From: Candidatus Aenigmatarchaeota archaeon
Lineage (GTDB): Archaea; Aenigmatarchaeota; Aenigmatarchaeia; QMZP01; QMZT01
DNA: 64,000 nucleotides
Reading direction: 5' to 3'
NCBI GenBank assembly: GCA_963726265.1
Contig: CAVSBQ010000002.1
Location: forward strand, 768,001 to 832,000
Shown: one piece after another, positions 36,979 through 47,400 of the stretch
Layout: every line of letters starts with the position of its first letter
How positions within the stretch are numbered: position 1 is the stretch's first letter
Made by a program: the position numbers and the translations under genes
The notes under the pieces: model-generated
Database searches by the model: none
What the model saw: only the letters and a program-made list of their open reading frames with translations
Told to the model about the DNA's origin: nothing

Positions 36979-38433
36979 TCAGCATTTCATGTGCTCCATC
37001 TCGTAATACCTCTTGTGCGTGAGCGACTTCTGCGTTTTCATTTTGTCAGCCATCCTCTGCGCCATGCACGTCGGATACTCGCCAGTGAGGCAGGCCTTGC
37101 AGATGTTTTCGCCCAGGCCTATCGCCTTCACGAGGCCGCCGAGGTTCTGGTAGCAGAGCTTGTCGACCTTCAGCATCTTCTCGATTTCCGGGACGGTATG
37201 GCTTGACGCTATCAGCTCGTTGTGGGTCGCTATGTCTATGCCGTAGAAGCACGGCGAAATGACGGGAGGGCAGGTTATCCAAAGGTCGATTTTTTTCGCC
37301 CCGGCCCGCCTGACCATATCCACGATTTTCGTCATGGTAGTTCCCCTGACTATGGAGTCGTCGACGAGGATTATGTGCTTGTCCTTTAGTATCGACTTTA
37401 CGGGATTGAGCTTCATCTCGACCGAAAGCGAGCGCGCCTGCTGCTCGGGCATTATGAACGTGCGGTGGACGTAGCGGTTCTTCATCAGGCCTTCTGCGAC
37501 GTGAAGCCCCGTTTCTCTTGATATTCCCTCCGCCGCAGACCTCGACGTATCGGGCACGGGGATTATCACGTCCGCATCGGCAGCGTAAGTCTTCGCGAGG
37601 TTCCTGCCAAGCTCTATCCTCACGTCGTAGACGCTCCTGCCCTCTATCACGCTGTCGGGCCGTGAGAAGTAGACGTATTCGAACATGCAGTGCCTGCGCT
37701 CAGCCTTCGCGAGGACCTTCCTTTCCACCTTGCCCTCGTCATGGAATATTATCATCTCGCCAGGCCTGACGTCCTGCGCCTCGTCCATGCCGTTTATGTT
37801 GAGCGCCACGCTTTCGGAAGCGAACATCGCTTTCCTCCCGTCGACGCCGAAGCTGAACGGCCGTATGCCGTGCGGGTCGCGGAATGCGATGAGTTCGTGC
37901 TCGCCGGTGAACATCGCCGTGGAGTACGAGCCCTCCGCCGCCTCCATGTAATTGGCCACCGCCTTTTCGATGTCCCTCGTCTTTATCAGCTCTTCGGCGA
38001 CCTTGTGCGCGATTATCTCCGCGTCGCAGGTCGAGTCGAAATTCCTGCCGCTCTTGAGAAGGCGGTTCCTCAGCTCGACGTAGTTGACGAGGTTGCCGTT
38101 GTGGGCGAGGACTATCCCCTTTCTGGGATGGCCTATCTTGAAAGGCTGGGCGTCGGTGATGGTCGAGGTGCCGACGGTCGAATACCGCACGTGGCCTATG
38201 CCCATCCTGCCGGCAAGGGACGAGAGCGTCATTTCAGAATACGAGGACGAGACCAGGCCCATCGCCTTCCTCAGATGTATCTGGCTCTCGTTAAGCGTGG
38301 CTATGCCGGACGCCTCCTGCCCCCTGTGCTGCAGCGTGAGCAGGCCTTTGTATATCATCTTCGATACGTTTTCGCCATCGAATGAGCGGATACCGAATAC
38401 GCCGCAGGCTTCCTTTTTCATACCAGCCACCAA
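36979..38433 (-). CDS. purF: Amidophosphoribosyltransferase
   Basis: Short propeptide then CGVFG. LQHRGQE, HVRYST, CMFEYVYFSRPDS, VDDSIVRGTT, and CFYGID/CKAC Fe-S cysteines. Confidence 0.96.
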   Translation of the reverse strand: MVAGMKKEACGVFGIRSFDGENVSKMIYKGLLTLQHRGQEASGIATLNESQIHLRKAMGLVSSSYSEMTLSSLAGRMGIGHVRYSTVGTSTITDAQPFKIGHPRKGIVLAHNGNLVNYVELRNRLLKSGRNFDSTCDAEIIAHKVAEELIKTRDIEKAVANYMEAAEGSYSTAMFTGEHELIAFRDPHGIRPFSFGVDGRKAMFASESVALNINGMDEAQDVRPGEMIIFHDEGKVERKVLAKAERRHCMFEYVYFSRPDSVIEGRSVYDVRIELGRNLAKTYAADADVIIPVPDTSRSAAEGISRETGLHVAEGLMKNRYVHRTFIMPEQQARSLSVEMKLNPVKSILKDKHIILVDDSIVRGTTMTKIVDMVRRAGAKKIDLWITCPPVISPCFYGIDIATHNELIASSHTVPEIEKMLKVDKLCYQNLGGLVKAIGLGENICKACLTGEYPTCMAQRMADKMKTQKSLTHKRYYEMEHMKC

Positions 38434-38461
38434 ACCATGTTCTTATTGAATCAACACAACA

Positions 38462-40066
38462 TCAGCGGCTTTTCGACGCCGCCTTCATGAAATTGAGGAA
38501 CAGCGGGTTCGGCTTGAGAACGCGCGTGGTGAATTCCGGATGGAACTGGGACGCCATGAAGAACGGGTGGCCTTTCAGCTCGAGAATCTGCATTATGTCA
38601 CCGGATTTGTCATGGCCTGAAAACACGAGGCCTTTGCATTCTATCTTCTTCCTGTAAATAGGAACGAATTCCCAGCGGTGGCGGAAGCGCTCTCTCGTCT
38701 TTAACGAACCGTAAATCTTGTTGGCCATGGTCCCTTTCCTGATTATGACGTCGTGTCCGCCCAGGCGCATGGTCCCGCCTTTCTTGTATATCCTCCGCTG
38801 CTCAGGCAGCAGGTCTATGACTGGATGCGGGGTCTTCGGGTCGATTTCGGTCGAGTTCGCCTTTTCGAGGCCGCACTTGTGCCTCGCGAACTCTACGGCA
38901 GCCATCTGGAAACCATAGCAGAGCCCGAGGAACGGTATCTTCTTCTCCCTTGCGTAGCGTATGCATGCTATCTTGCCTTCCGTCCCCCTCGGGCCGAAGC
39001 CGCCGGGCACGATGATGCCGTCCATCCCTCTCAAAACGTCGGAAACCTTCGCTTTCCCGTTCTCTATGTCGGTCGTCTCTATCCATTTTACGTTCAGTTT
39101 CACGCCCAGCTTTCCGCAGGACGCCTTCAGCGACTCCATTATTGAAACGTAGGAATCATGCAGCTCCGTGTATTTCCCGGTTATGGCGATGTTCACGGTC
39201 TTTCTGGCCTTTTCAATGCGTCTTATCGTCGCCTCCCATTCCTTCATGTCCTTTTGTCTCGGCTGGAGCCCGAGCTTCTCAAGGACCTTTTGCGTGACTC
39301 CCTGCTCCTCCAGTATGAGAGGCACCTTGTATATGTTGTCAACATCAGGGCCGGATATCACGTTGTCCTGCGGGATGCCGCAGAACATCGAGACCTTCTC
39401 CTTTATCTTCGGCTTCAGAGGCTCGGATGACCTGCAGTAAAGGAAATGCGGCAGTATGCCTATTTCCCTCAGCTTCTGCACGCTCTGCTGGGTCGGCTTC
39501 GTCTTCTGCTCGCCCACGACGCTCATCACCGGAACGAGCGTGCAGTGGACGAATACGACGTCATGATTGATTGAAAGCTGCCTGCACGCCTCGAGGAAGA
39601 CGAGGTTCTCTATGTCGCCTACCGTCCCGCCTATCTCTACGAGGACTATGTCGGCATTGTATTTCTCGGCCACGTTGCCGAGCCACTGCTGGACCTCACC
39701 CGTGATGTGGGGGATCAGCTGCACGGTTTTGCCCAGATACCTGCCTTCTCGCTCGCGCTCGATGACCTTCTGGTATATCTTGCCCGTCGTTATGTTGTTG
39801 TCGCTGCTGAGGTTTATGTCGAGGAAGCGTTCGTATGTTCCGAGGTCCATGTCCACCTCGCTGCCGTCGTCAAGGACGAAGACCTCGCCGTGCTCTATGG
39901 GGTTCATGGTGCCCGCGTCGACGTTGACGTAAGGGTCGATCTTGACAGGCACGACTTTGAAACCCCTCGATTGCAACAGTTTGCCCAGAGAAGCAGTCAG
40001 TATGCCCTTGCCGAGACCAGAAAGAACCCCGCCCGTTATTACGATGAACTTCGTTTTCTTTGGCAT
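38462..40066 (-). CDS. pyrG: CTP synthase
   Basis: [34 protein letters not shown] and QFHPE. Confidence 0.97.
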   Translation of the reverse strand: MPKKTKFIVITGGVLSGLGKGILTASLGKLLQSRGFKVVPVKIDPYVNVDAGTMNPIEHGEVFVLDDGSEVDMDLGTYERFLDINLSSDNNITTGKIYQKVIEREREGRYLGKTVQLIPHITGEVQQWLGNVAEKYNADIVLVEIGGTVGDIENLVFLEACRQLSINHDVVFVHCTLVPVMSVVGEQKTKPTQQSVQKLREIGILPHFLYCRSSEPLKPKIKEKVSMFCGIPQDNVISGPDVDNIYKVPLILEEQGVTQKVLEKLGLQPRQKDMKEWEATIRRIEKARKTVNIAITGKYTELHDSYVSIMESLKASCGKLGVKLNVKWIETTDIENGKAKVSDVLRGMDGIIVPGGFGPRGTEGKIACIRYAREKKIPFLGLCYGFQMAAVEFARHKCGLEKANSTEIDPKTPHPVIDLLPEQRRIYKKGGTMRLGGHDVIIRKGTMANKIYGSLKTRERFRHRWEFVPIYRKKIECKGLVFSGHDKSGDIMQILELKGHPFFMASQFHPEFTTRVLKPNPLFLNFMKAASKSR

Positions 40067-40193
40067 ATTAATTTATCAAGCACATGCTTTAAAAATCTAT
40101 ACGTCCCGTATCCGCCGATAGCGGAATTTTTTTCAAAGGCGTTTGCGTTGCGTTTCCTGAATGCTTTTTATTTACCAAAAGCGTATCTGAAAC

Positions 40194-40782
40194 ATGAAAA
40201 TCCTCGTCGTCGACAACGGCGGCCAGTGGACGCACAGGGAATGGCGCGTGCTGCGCGACCTCGGCGTCGAAACCAGGATAATACCCAACGACACGCCCTT
40301 CGATGACATCAGGAACGCCGACGGCCTCGTCCTTTCCGGAGGCGCGGCAAGAATAGCATGGGAATCAAGCAAGCTCGGCAACGTAGGAGAATACCTGGAG
40401 AAGGCGGAATTCCCGATTCTCGGCATATGCGTCGGCCACCAGTTCATGGCCCTGCATTTCGGCGGTTCCGCCGGGCCAGCGAAAACGCCTGAATTCGGCA
40501 AGATGGAGGTCGATATCAGCAAGGCCTCGCCGCTTTTCAAAGGCCTGCCGAAAAAATTCATCGCATGGGAGTCGCACAACGACGAGATTAAAAGCCTTCC
40601 GAAGGAATTCGAAATCCTTGCATCATTCACCGAGCTGCAAAATACAGGCCATTCGCCACAGAACAAACCCCATGTTTGGCCTGCAGTTCCATCCGGAAGT
40701 GGAGGACTGCCAGTTCGGCGAAGATATATTCAAGAACTTCATAGAAATATGCAGGCAGCACAGAGGGAAGATAAAAAAGTGA
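40194..40782 (+). CDS. guaAA: GMP synthase glutamine amidotransferase subunit A (1-nt frameshift near 40627)
   Basis: VVDNGGQWTHR, GICVGHQ and SHNDE. After a shift the frame continues SPSCKIQAIRH...FGLQFHPEV to TGA at 40780-40782. Confidence 0.88.
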
Positions 40783-40786
40783 TGAC

Positions 40787-41737
40787 ATGTTCAACGCCGA
40801 GAAATTCGTCAGGGAAGAGACCGAGCGGCTCAGAGCAGCGGATGAAAGGGGAAGGCGCATAATCGCCTGCTCAGGCGGCGTCGACTCGACGGTCGCGGCC
40901 TCCATGGCCAAGGAAGCGGTAGGAAAAAATCTCATAGCCGTTTTTGTCGACACGGGCTTCATGCGCAAGGGCGAGCCTGAAAGCGTGAAGCGCATGCTGG
41001 AAAAAATCGGCCTGAACCTGCGCTTCGTGAAGGCTGAGGACGAGTTCTTCTCCGCGCTCAAAGGGGTGACAGAACCCGAGCAAAAGCGCAAGATAATCGG
41101 CGAGAAGTTCATACGCGTTTTCGAGCGCGTCGCCAGGAAAGAAAAGGCCAGGTATCTGATCCAGGGAACGATAGCGCCGGACTGGATAGAGTCTGGCGGA
41201 GGAGCGAGGGACAGGATAAAGTCGCACCATAACGTAGGGGGATTGCCTGAAAACGTCGGACTGGAGATAGTCGAGCCGCTGCGCGACCTTTACAAGGACG
41301 AGGTCAGGAAGGTCGCCAGATTTCTGAATATAGAAGTCAAGGAGCGCCAGCCGTTCCCCGGTCCCGGCCTCGCAGTCCGGGTGATAGGCGAGCTCACGAA
41401 GGAGAGCGTCGCGATTGCGAGGGAGGCGAACGCGATAATGGAGGAGGAGCTGCAGAAGGCGTTCGCCGAGAAGAAGATTGCGAAGCCGTGGCAGTATTTC
41501 GCCGCGCTCCTGCCAGTGAAGAGCGTCGGCGTGCACGGCGACGTGAGGAACTACGGTTACATGATTGCCCTGCGCTCCGTGGACAGCATAGACGGCATGA
41601 GCGCTGCCTATTCGAAAATCCCGCACGACGTCCTGGACAGGATATCGGTCAGGATAACGAACGTCATGGGCAAGAAAGTCAACCGCGTCGTCTACGACAT
41701 CACCAACAAGCCGCCGGGAACCATAGAATTCGAGTAG
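40787..41737 (+). CDS. guaAB: GMP synthase ATP pyrophosphatase subunit B
   Basis: SGGVDS, IKSHHNVGG, PFPGPGLAVR and YDITNKPPGTIEFE. Confidence 0.95.
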   Translation: MFNAEKFVREETERLRAADERGRRIIACSGGVDSTVAASMAKEAVGKNLIAVFVDTGFMRKGEPESVKRMLEKIGLNLRFVKAEDEFFSALKGVTEPEQKRKIIGEKFIRVFERVARKEKARYLIQGTIAPDWIESGGGARDRIKSHHNVGGLPENVGLEIVEPLRDLYKDEVRKVARFLNIEVKERQPFPGPGLAVRVIGELTKESVAIAREANAIMEEELQKAFAEKKIAKPWQYFAALLPVKSVGVHGDVRNYGYMIALRSVDSIDGMSAAYSKIPHDVLDRISVRITNVMGKKVNRVVYDITNKPPGTIEFE

Positions 41738-41748
41738 GAAAAACCGTC

Positions 41749-43095
41749 TTATGTGGTCTCGAGGTATCTTTCCACTTCCCACTCGGTAACGTGCGTCCTG
41801 AACTCGTCCCACTCGTTCGTTTTCGCCTCGAGATATCTTTCGAACAGCTGCTGGCCGAGTGCTTCCCGTACGACCGCGTCTTTCTTCATCTCGCTTATCG
41901 CTTCCCACAGCGAATGCGGAAGCACGTCGATGCCGAGCTCGCTCAGTTTTTTGTCGTCGAAATCGTAGACGTTTTCCTCGACAGGCTTCGGCACATTCAG
42001 CTTTCTTTTTATGCCGTCCAGCCCCGCTTTCAGCATGACGGCAAAGGCGAGATACGGGTTGCAGCTCGGGTCAGGGCAGCGCAGCTCGCATCTCACCGAC
42101 TGCTCGCGGCCTTTCGAATATCTCGGAATCCTGATGAGCGCCGAGCGGTTTATCTGCGCCCAGCATATGTATACGGGCGCTTCGTAGCCGGGCACGAGCC
42201 TCTTGTATGAGTTGACGGTCGGCGCCAGTATGGCCGACATGCCCTTCACATGCGAAAGCTGGCCCGCTATGAAATGATACGCGTTTCTGGAAAGCCTGTA
42301 TTTTTCCTTCGGGTCGTAGAACATGTTTCTTCCCGTTTTTATATCAAACAGGCTCTGGTGGACGTGCATGCCGGAGCCGTTTATGCCGAATATCGGCTTG
42401 GGCATGAACGTCGCGTGGAGGCCGTGCTTCTGCGCTATCGCCTTAAGCGTGAATTTCAGCGTTATCGAGTTGTCCGCGGTTCTCAGGGCGTCGCCGTATT
42501 TGAAATCCACCTCGTGCTGCGCGTACGCGCACTCGTGATGAGACGCTTCGACCTCTATGCCCATCTTCTCGAGCGCGATGGTCATGTCCCTCCGGACGCC
42601 GAAGGCGTAGTCCATGTTCAGGTCGAAATAGCCGCCTTTGTCATGCGGCAGCGGCCTTATCGTGCCGTTGTCCTTTTTGAAAAGGAAAAATTCGAACTCC
42701 GGCCCGGTGTTGTAAACGAAGCCCATCCGCCTCGCTTCGTCCATCGCTTTCTTCAGGATGTATCTCGGGTCGCCTTCGAACGGCTTCCCGTCGGGCATGA
42801 AAACGTCGCATATGAACCTCGCCGTCCGCTCTTCCGCGTTCTCGCCGTCGTGCCACGGGATGACCGAATACGTCGTTACGTCAGGTTTCAGGAACATGTC
42901 GCTTTCGTGTATGCGCGCGAAACCCTCGACGGACGAACCGTCGAACCACACGCCCTTCTCGAGCGCGCCTTTCAGAAAGCCGATGGGTATCGTCACGCTC
43001 TTGACGCTGCCCATGATGTCGGTGAACTGGAGGTTGATGAATTTCACGCCGTCCCTTTTCGTGGTTTCGAAAATTCTCCTGTCATGCGCCTGCAT
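41749..43095 (-). CDS. glnA: Glutamine synthetase type I
   Basis: FDGSS, GPEFEFF, HHE, FMPKP, NGSGMHVHQS, NSYKRLVPGYEAP and NRSALIRIP. Confidence 0.97.
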   Translation of the reverse strand: MQAHDRRIFETTKRDGVKFINLQFTDIMGSVKSVTIPIGFLKGALEKGVWFDGSSVEGFARIHESDMFLKPDVTTYSVIPWHDGENAEERTARFICDVFMPDGKPFEGDPRYILKKAMDEARRMGFVYNTGPEFEFFLFKKDNGTIRPLPHDKGGYFDLNMDYAFGVRRDMTIALEKMGIEVEASHHECAYAQHEVDFKYGDALRTADNSITLKFTLKAIAQKHGLHATFMPKPIFGINGSGMHVHQSLFDIKTGRNMFYDPKEKYRLSRNAYHFIAGQLSHVKGMSAILAPTVNSYKRLVPGYEAPVYICWAQINRSALIRIPRYSKGREQSVRCELRCPDPSCNPYLAFAVMLKAGLDGIKRKLNVPKPVEENVYDFDDKKLSELGIDVLPHSLWEAISEMKKDAVVREALGQQLFERYLEAKTNEWDEFRTHVTEWEVERYLETT

Positions 43096-43141
43096 GGATT
43101 GCTTTGATAATGGAGTAATATAAAATTAGCAGCGGTTTTTC

Positions 43142-43181
43142 TGGACAAATGAATAAATATTTTTAAATATAATGGACAAAT
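43142..43181. promoter_or_regulatory. Direct repeat TGGACAAAT x2 in the glnA/Lrp divergent promoter
   Basis: Copies at 43142-43150 and 43173-43181, 31 bp apart, flanking TTTTAAATA. Confidence 0.45.
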
Positions 43182-43220
43182 ATATTAAAAATGACGCTTT
43201 CAGGCTAAATTGGTGAAAAA

Positions 43221-43670
43221 ATGCACACTATGGATGAGCTTGACAGGAAGGTAATAAAGGAACTGGAACACGACGCGAGGCGCTCCCTGCGCAAAATATC
43301 CAAAAGGCTCGGCATCTCCATAACGACGCTTTCCGGGCGCATCTCCAATCTGGAAAAGGCGGGCGTGATAAAGGGCTATACGGCGATGGTTGACCCGGAA
43401 GCCGCGGGCTTTGACCTGACCGCGGTGATAGAAATCGTCGTCTCCAAGGGAAGGCTGCTGGAGGTCGAAAAGGAGATAGCGAAAATGAGGCACGTTTTCG
43501 CCGTATACGACATAACGGGCTCTACAGATTCCCTGATACTGGCGAGGTTCAGGAAAAGGAGCGAGATGAGCGCCTTCATCAAGACGCTGCTTGCCATGAA
43601 TTACGTGGAGAGGACCAACACGCACGTTGCCCTGAACGTGATAAAAGAGGACATGAGAGTAGAGTTATGA
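43221..43670 (+). CDS. Lrp/AsnC-family transcriptional regulator
   Basis: MDELDRKVIKELEHDARRSLRKISKRLG HTH, GVIKGY and VYDITGSTD RAM domain. Confidence 0.93.
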   Translation: MHTMDELDRKVIKELEHDARRSLRKISKRLGISITTLSGRISNLEKAGVIKGYTAMVDPEAAGFDLTAVIEIVVSKGRLLEVEKEIAKMRHVFAVYDITGSTDSLILARFRKRSEMSAFIKTLLAMNYVERTNTHVALNVIKEDMRVEL

Positions 43671-43685
43671 CGTGAGCGGCCTTGG

Positions 43686-44339
43686 TCATATCACGCCTTC
43701 GCTGTCGTCGTAATCGTAGTTTATCCTTTCCCTGCCCCTCTTCTGCGGCGAAGTCCCGTGATAGCCGGGCGGGGGGCTGTATGGCTGTTGCTGCGGTGGC
43801 GGCTGTTGCGGCTGCGTCGCCGCGGGCGGCTGCGGCTCCTGCGCAGGCTGCGCTGCCGGAGTCTTTATGTTTTCTATGAGCTTGTAAATCTCCCTTTCTA
43901 TCCTTGACGGGTTCGGAACCGACTCGAGCAGGATCTCGCTCCTCTGGAAGGTGGTTATGTCCACCGTTCCTATGCGCAGCAGCCTTTGCGGGAGCGTCTG
44001 TATAAGCTTAACGTTCACCATCTTGTCATACGTGCAGGAATCGATGTTCCTTTTGAACACGCCTTTCCTGCTTATCACCCGGTAGTTCGTTATGAAGTAG
44101 TTGCTCCTGCGGACTGCCATTTCCATGATCGCTACGATGAGGATGGCGAGCGCAACCGGGACTGCAATAACGTATATGCCAGCAACGGGCAGCGTGAATT
44201 TCAGAAAGTTATAGACGAACGGGACGCATATGAGGAGGAAGGCCATCAGGTAATACCTGAAATATACTATCCTAGAAGAATGCGTGTTAAGCACAATCTG
44301 TTCGCCTTCTATGAGAAATCCCATCCGACCCCTCCGCAT
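43686..44339 (-). CDS. Membrane protein with bacterial PH (bPH_2)-like domain and Pro/Gln tail
   Basis: Two TMs, then YFITNYRVISRKGVF...QRLLRIGTVDITT. Confidence 0.8.
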   Translation of the reverse strand: MRRGRMGFLIEGEQIVLNTHSSRIVYFRYYLMAFLLICVPFVYNFLKFTLPVAGIYVIAVPVALAILIVAIMEMAVRRSNYFITNYRVISRKGVFKRNIDSCTYDKMVNVKLIQTLPQRLLRIGTVDITTFQRSEILLESVPNPSRIEREIYKLIENIKTPAAQPAQEPQPPAATQPQQPPPQQQPYSPPPGYHGTSPQKRGRERINYDYDDSEGVI

Positions 44340-44473
44340 CCAGAACTGATTAATAATTGGTCATTTCGCTTAATATCCTACCGCCATTTCCGCAGAAGTT
44401 CCATAGAAGTATCCCGTGCAAGTAAAGACAACGTGTGAGCACAAATTTTAAGGCGGCTTGCCTTATTTTAAAC

Positions 44474-47400
44474 ATGGGTTGGGGAAAGTGGAATTCCTTT
44501 ATTGTTATCTCTCTTTTACTGGCAGGTTCATTGATCTTACTTAACCTTGTTTTCGCAGCGGGGATAAATGAAGTCCTGCTGCTTTCTCCCGGCAACAACA
44601 CGTGGACCAGCGGCACGAATGGCACCATCGCCTTCGTGTTCAACTACAGCGGGGAAAACGAGAGCGCCGTATGCACGCTGTTCGTCATGAACTCCAGCTC
44701 GGAATTCGCGGGCGCGAATGCTTCCTCCGCCTCCAACACCACGAGCACGACACTCTATTCGAACCTCACCATCGAAGAAGGCGCAAGGCGGTGGTATGTC
44801 AACTGCACCAACGAGACCGAAACCAAACAATCACTCATTTTCAATCTTACTGTTGATTGGACCAAGCCCTATGCAAAGATAAACCGTCCCCTCAATTCGA
44901 CTGTCAACTCCGACAGCTTCAATTTCACCTATAATGAAACCAATCTGAACTGCTCTTGGTATTCGATTGACGACGGCTCGAACACGACCAGCTGCTCGAT
45001 AACAGGCTCCGAATGGTCGGGGACGCTTTCCATCGCCTCCGACGGCCAGCACAACATTACAGTCTGGGCCAACGACTCCGCGGGCAACGAGAACTCGACC
45101 ATTCTATTATGGATGCGCGACACGGCAAAGCCGCCTGTCTTCGTCGTTTTCCCGCAGAATAATTCCATCTATAATTACAGCACATTGAACCTCAACGTTT
45201 CCTCGAACGGAACAGAAGACGGCTGGAGATACAATCTGAACGGAACAGGCAACACCAGTTTCGAGCCAAACACGACGATAACCGCCGCCGAGAACGTGAA
45301 CAACATCACCGTCTACGTCAATGATACCGCAAATAACATCAATTCAACCATTGTTTACTTCACGGTCGACCTCACGGACCCGGCCGTCACAATAGTCATG
45401 CCAGGCAACACGACATATCCGTCCAACCCTGAACTGAATTTCTCCTATGTCGAAACGCGGCCCGACGCATGCTGGTATTCGGTCAAGGGCGGCAGCAACA
45501 GCACGCCTGCCTCCTGCGACGCTAACATCACCGTGCTAACATCGGACGAAGGCAGCAATGACGTCCGACTATGTATGAACGATACGTCAGGCAGACAAGG
45601 CTGTCATCAGGTTTATTACACGAAGGACACGACGAAGCCGATAATCACCGTCCAGACGCCCCTGAACCAGTCGTACAATTTCTCGTCGATATGGTTTAAT
45701 GTCACCCTGAACGAAAACGGCGACAGTTGCTTCGTGGATTACGGATACGGCAACAGGTCGATGGCAAATTCCAGCACAATGGACTGGAGCTATAACAACG
45801 CATCCATGAATGACGGTTCTTACCATGCCATTTTCTACTGCAACGACACGGTCGGGAATCTTAACACAACAGACATAAACTTCACGGTTGACACTACAAA
45901 ACCCATTATATACATCCAGTCGCCCATCAACCAGACGTATGACATTTCTTCGGTGTGGTTTAACGTGACTCTCAGCGAAAATGGCAGCGCGTGCCTTGTC
46001 AATTACGGATACAGTAATATCACCATGGCTAATTCCAGCGGGAACTGGAATTATAACAACGCTTCCATGGACGAGGGATTTTACCAGGCGATATTTTTCT
46101 GCAACGACACCGTGGGGAACGGCAACACAACCAGCGTAAGCTTCACGATAGATACCGTTCACCCCTACTTCACCGCATATGCGCGCAATCCCGACCCTCC
46201 AAACGAAGACCAGGCCGTCCAGGTTAACGTCACGCTTTCCGAGACCCCGAATACGGTAATCCTTGAGGTAAACAACGGCACAAAAACCAATTACACCATA
46301 ACCACCAGCAGCGGCCTTGAATATTATTTCACCATCAGCAACACCGCAAATGGCAACTATACTGCGCACGACCAGGTGAATTACACGTGGTTCGCCAATG
46401 ACAGCGCGGGCAACGGCAACTGGTCCGCGCAGCAGACGTTCATCGTGGCGAACCAGATTCCTTCCGTTTCCCAGCCATCCGTCAACAACACGGCGCCTCA
46501 GACAAACGATAACATTTCGTGTACCGGTGGCGTAATCAACGACAATGATGCAGAAGACGTTGAACAAAACAGGGAATACAGGTGGTATGACGGCGCGAAT
46601 CTCATAAACGGCCAGACCTTCCAAAACCTTTCGTTTGCGATTTCCGGCCTTGACAAGGGAGACCTGATAAACTGCTCGATAAGGGTCTACGACGGCTATG
46701 GCTGGTCAGCCTGGGTCAATTCAAGCAATACCGCAACCATCCAGAACACGCCGCCGACCGCACCGAATCTCGGCCTTCCCGCCAACGGGACGAGGACAAA
46801 CGACAACACGCCTTTCCTTAACTGGACATCATCAACAGACGCGGATAATGACGCCATCACCTACGCCGTCGAGATTTCGACAAGCATCACATTCGCCTCA
46901 ATTTCCCAAGCCAATTACGTTTTAACCGCAAACAATTACACTGCCTCAACACTCACGGATGGACTATATTATTGGAGGGTTTGGGCCGTGACTATCGATG
47001 CCAACTCCACTGTAAGCGGCGTCCTCAATATCACCATCGATACGACCCCGCCCCTCATTTTTGTGATATCTCCCGCGAACATCACATATAACACGTCCAC
47101 AATAAACCTGAACGTCTCTTCGAATGAAGCCCAGGCCGGCTGGAAATACAAACTGAACGCGGCAGGAAACGTTTCCTTTGACCCCAACACCACGATAACG
47201 GCCGCAGAAGGAACGAATAACATAACGGTTTACGTCAACGATTCTCTCGGAAACGAAAACACGACGATAAGATACTTCACCGTAGACCTCACCAATCCCG
47301 CCATCACCATAGTCGTTCCAGCCAACATATCATACCCCTCGAATCCGCAACTCAACTTCTCCTATAGCGAAATCAGGCCTGATGCATGCTGGTATTCCCT

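Noticed and set aside
40600..40862. Programmed frameshift or true guaAA pseudogene
   Set aside because: A single extra base with no slippery site, and the catalytic HPE is intact in the next frame. Similar indels occur across the window, so an assembly error is more likely.
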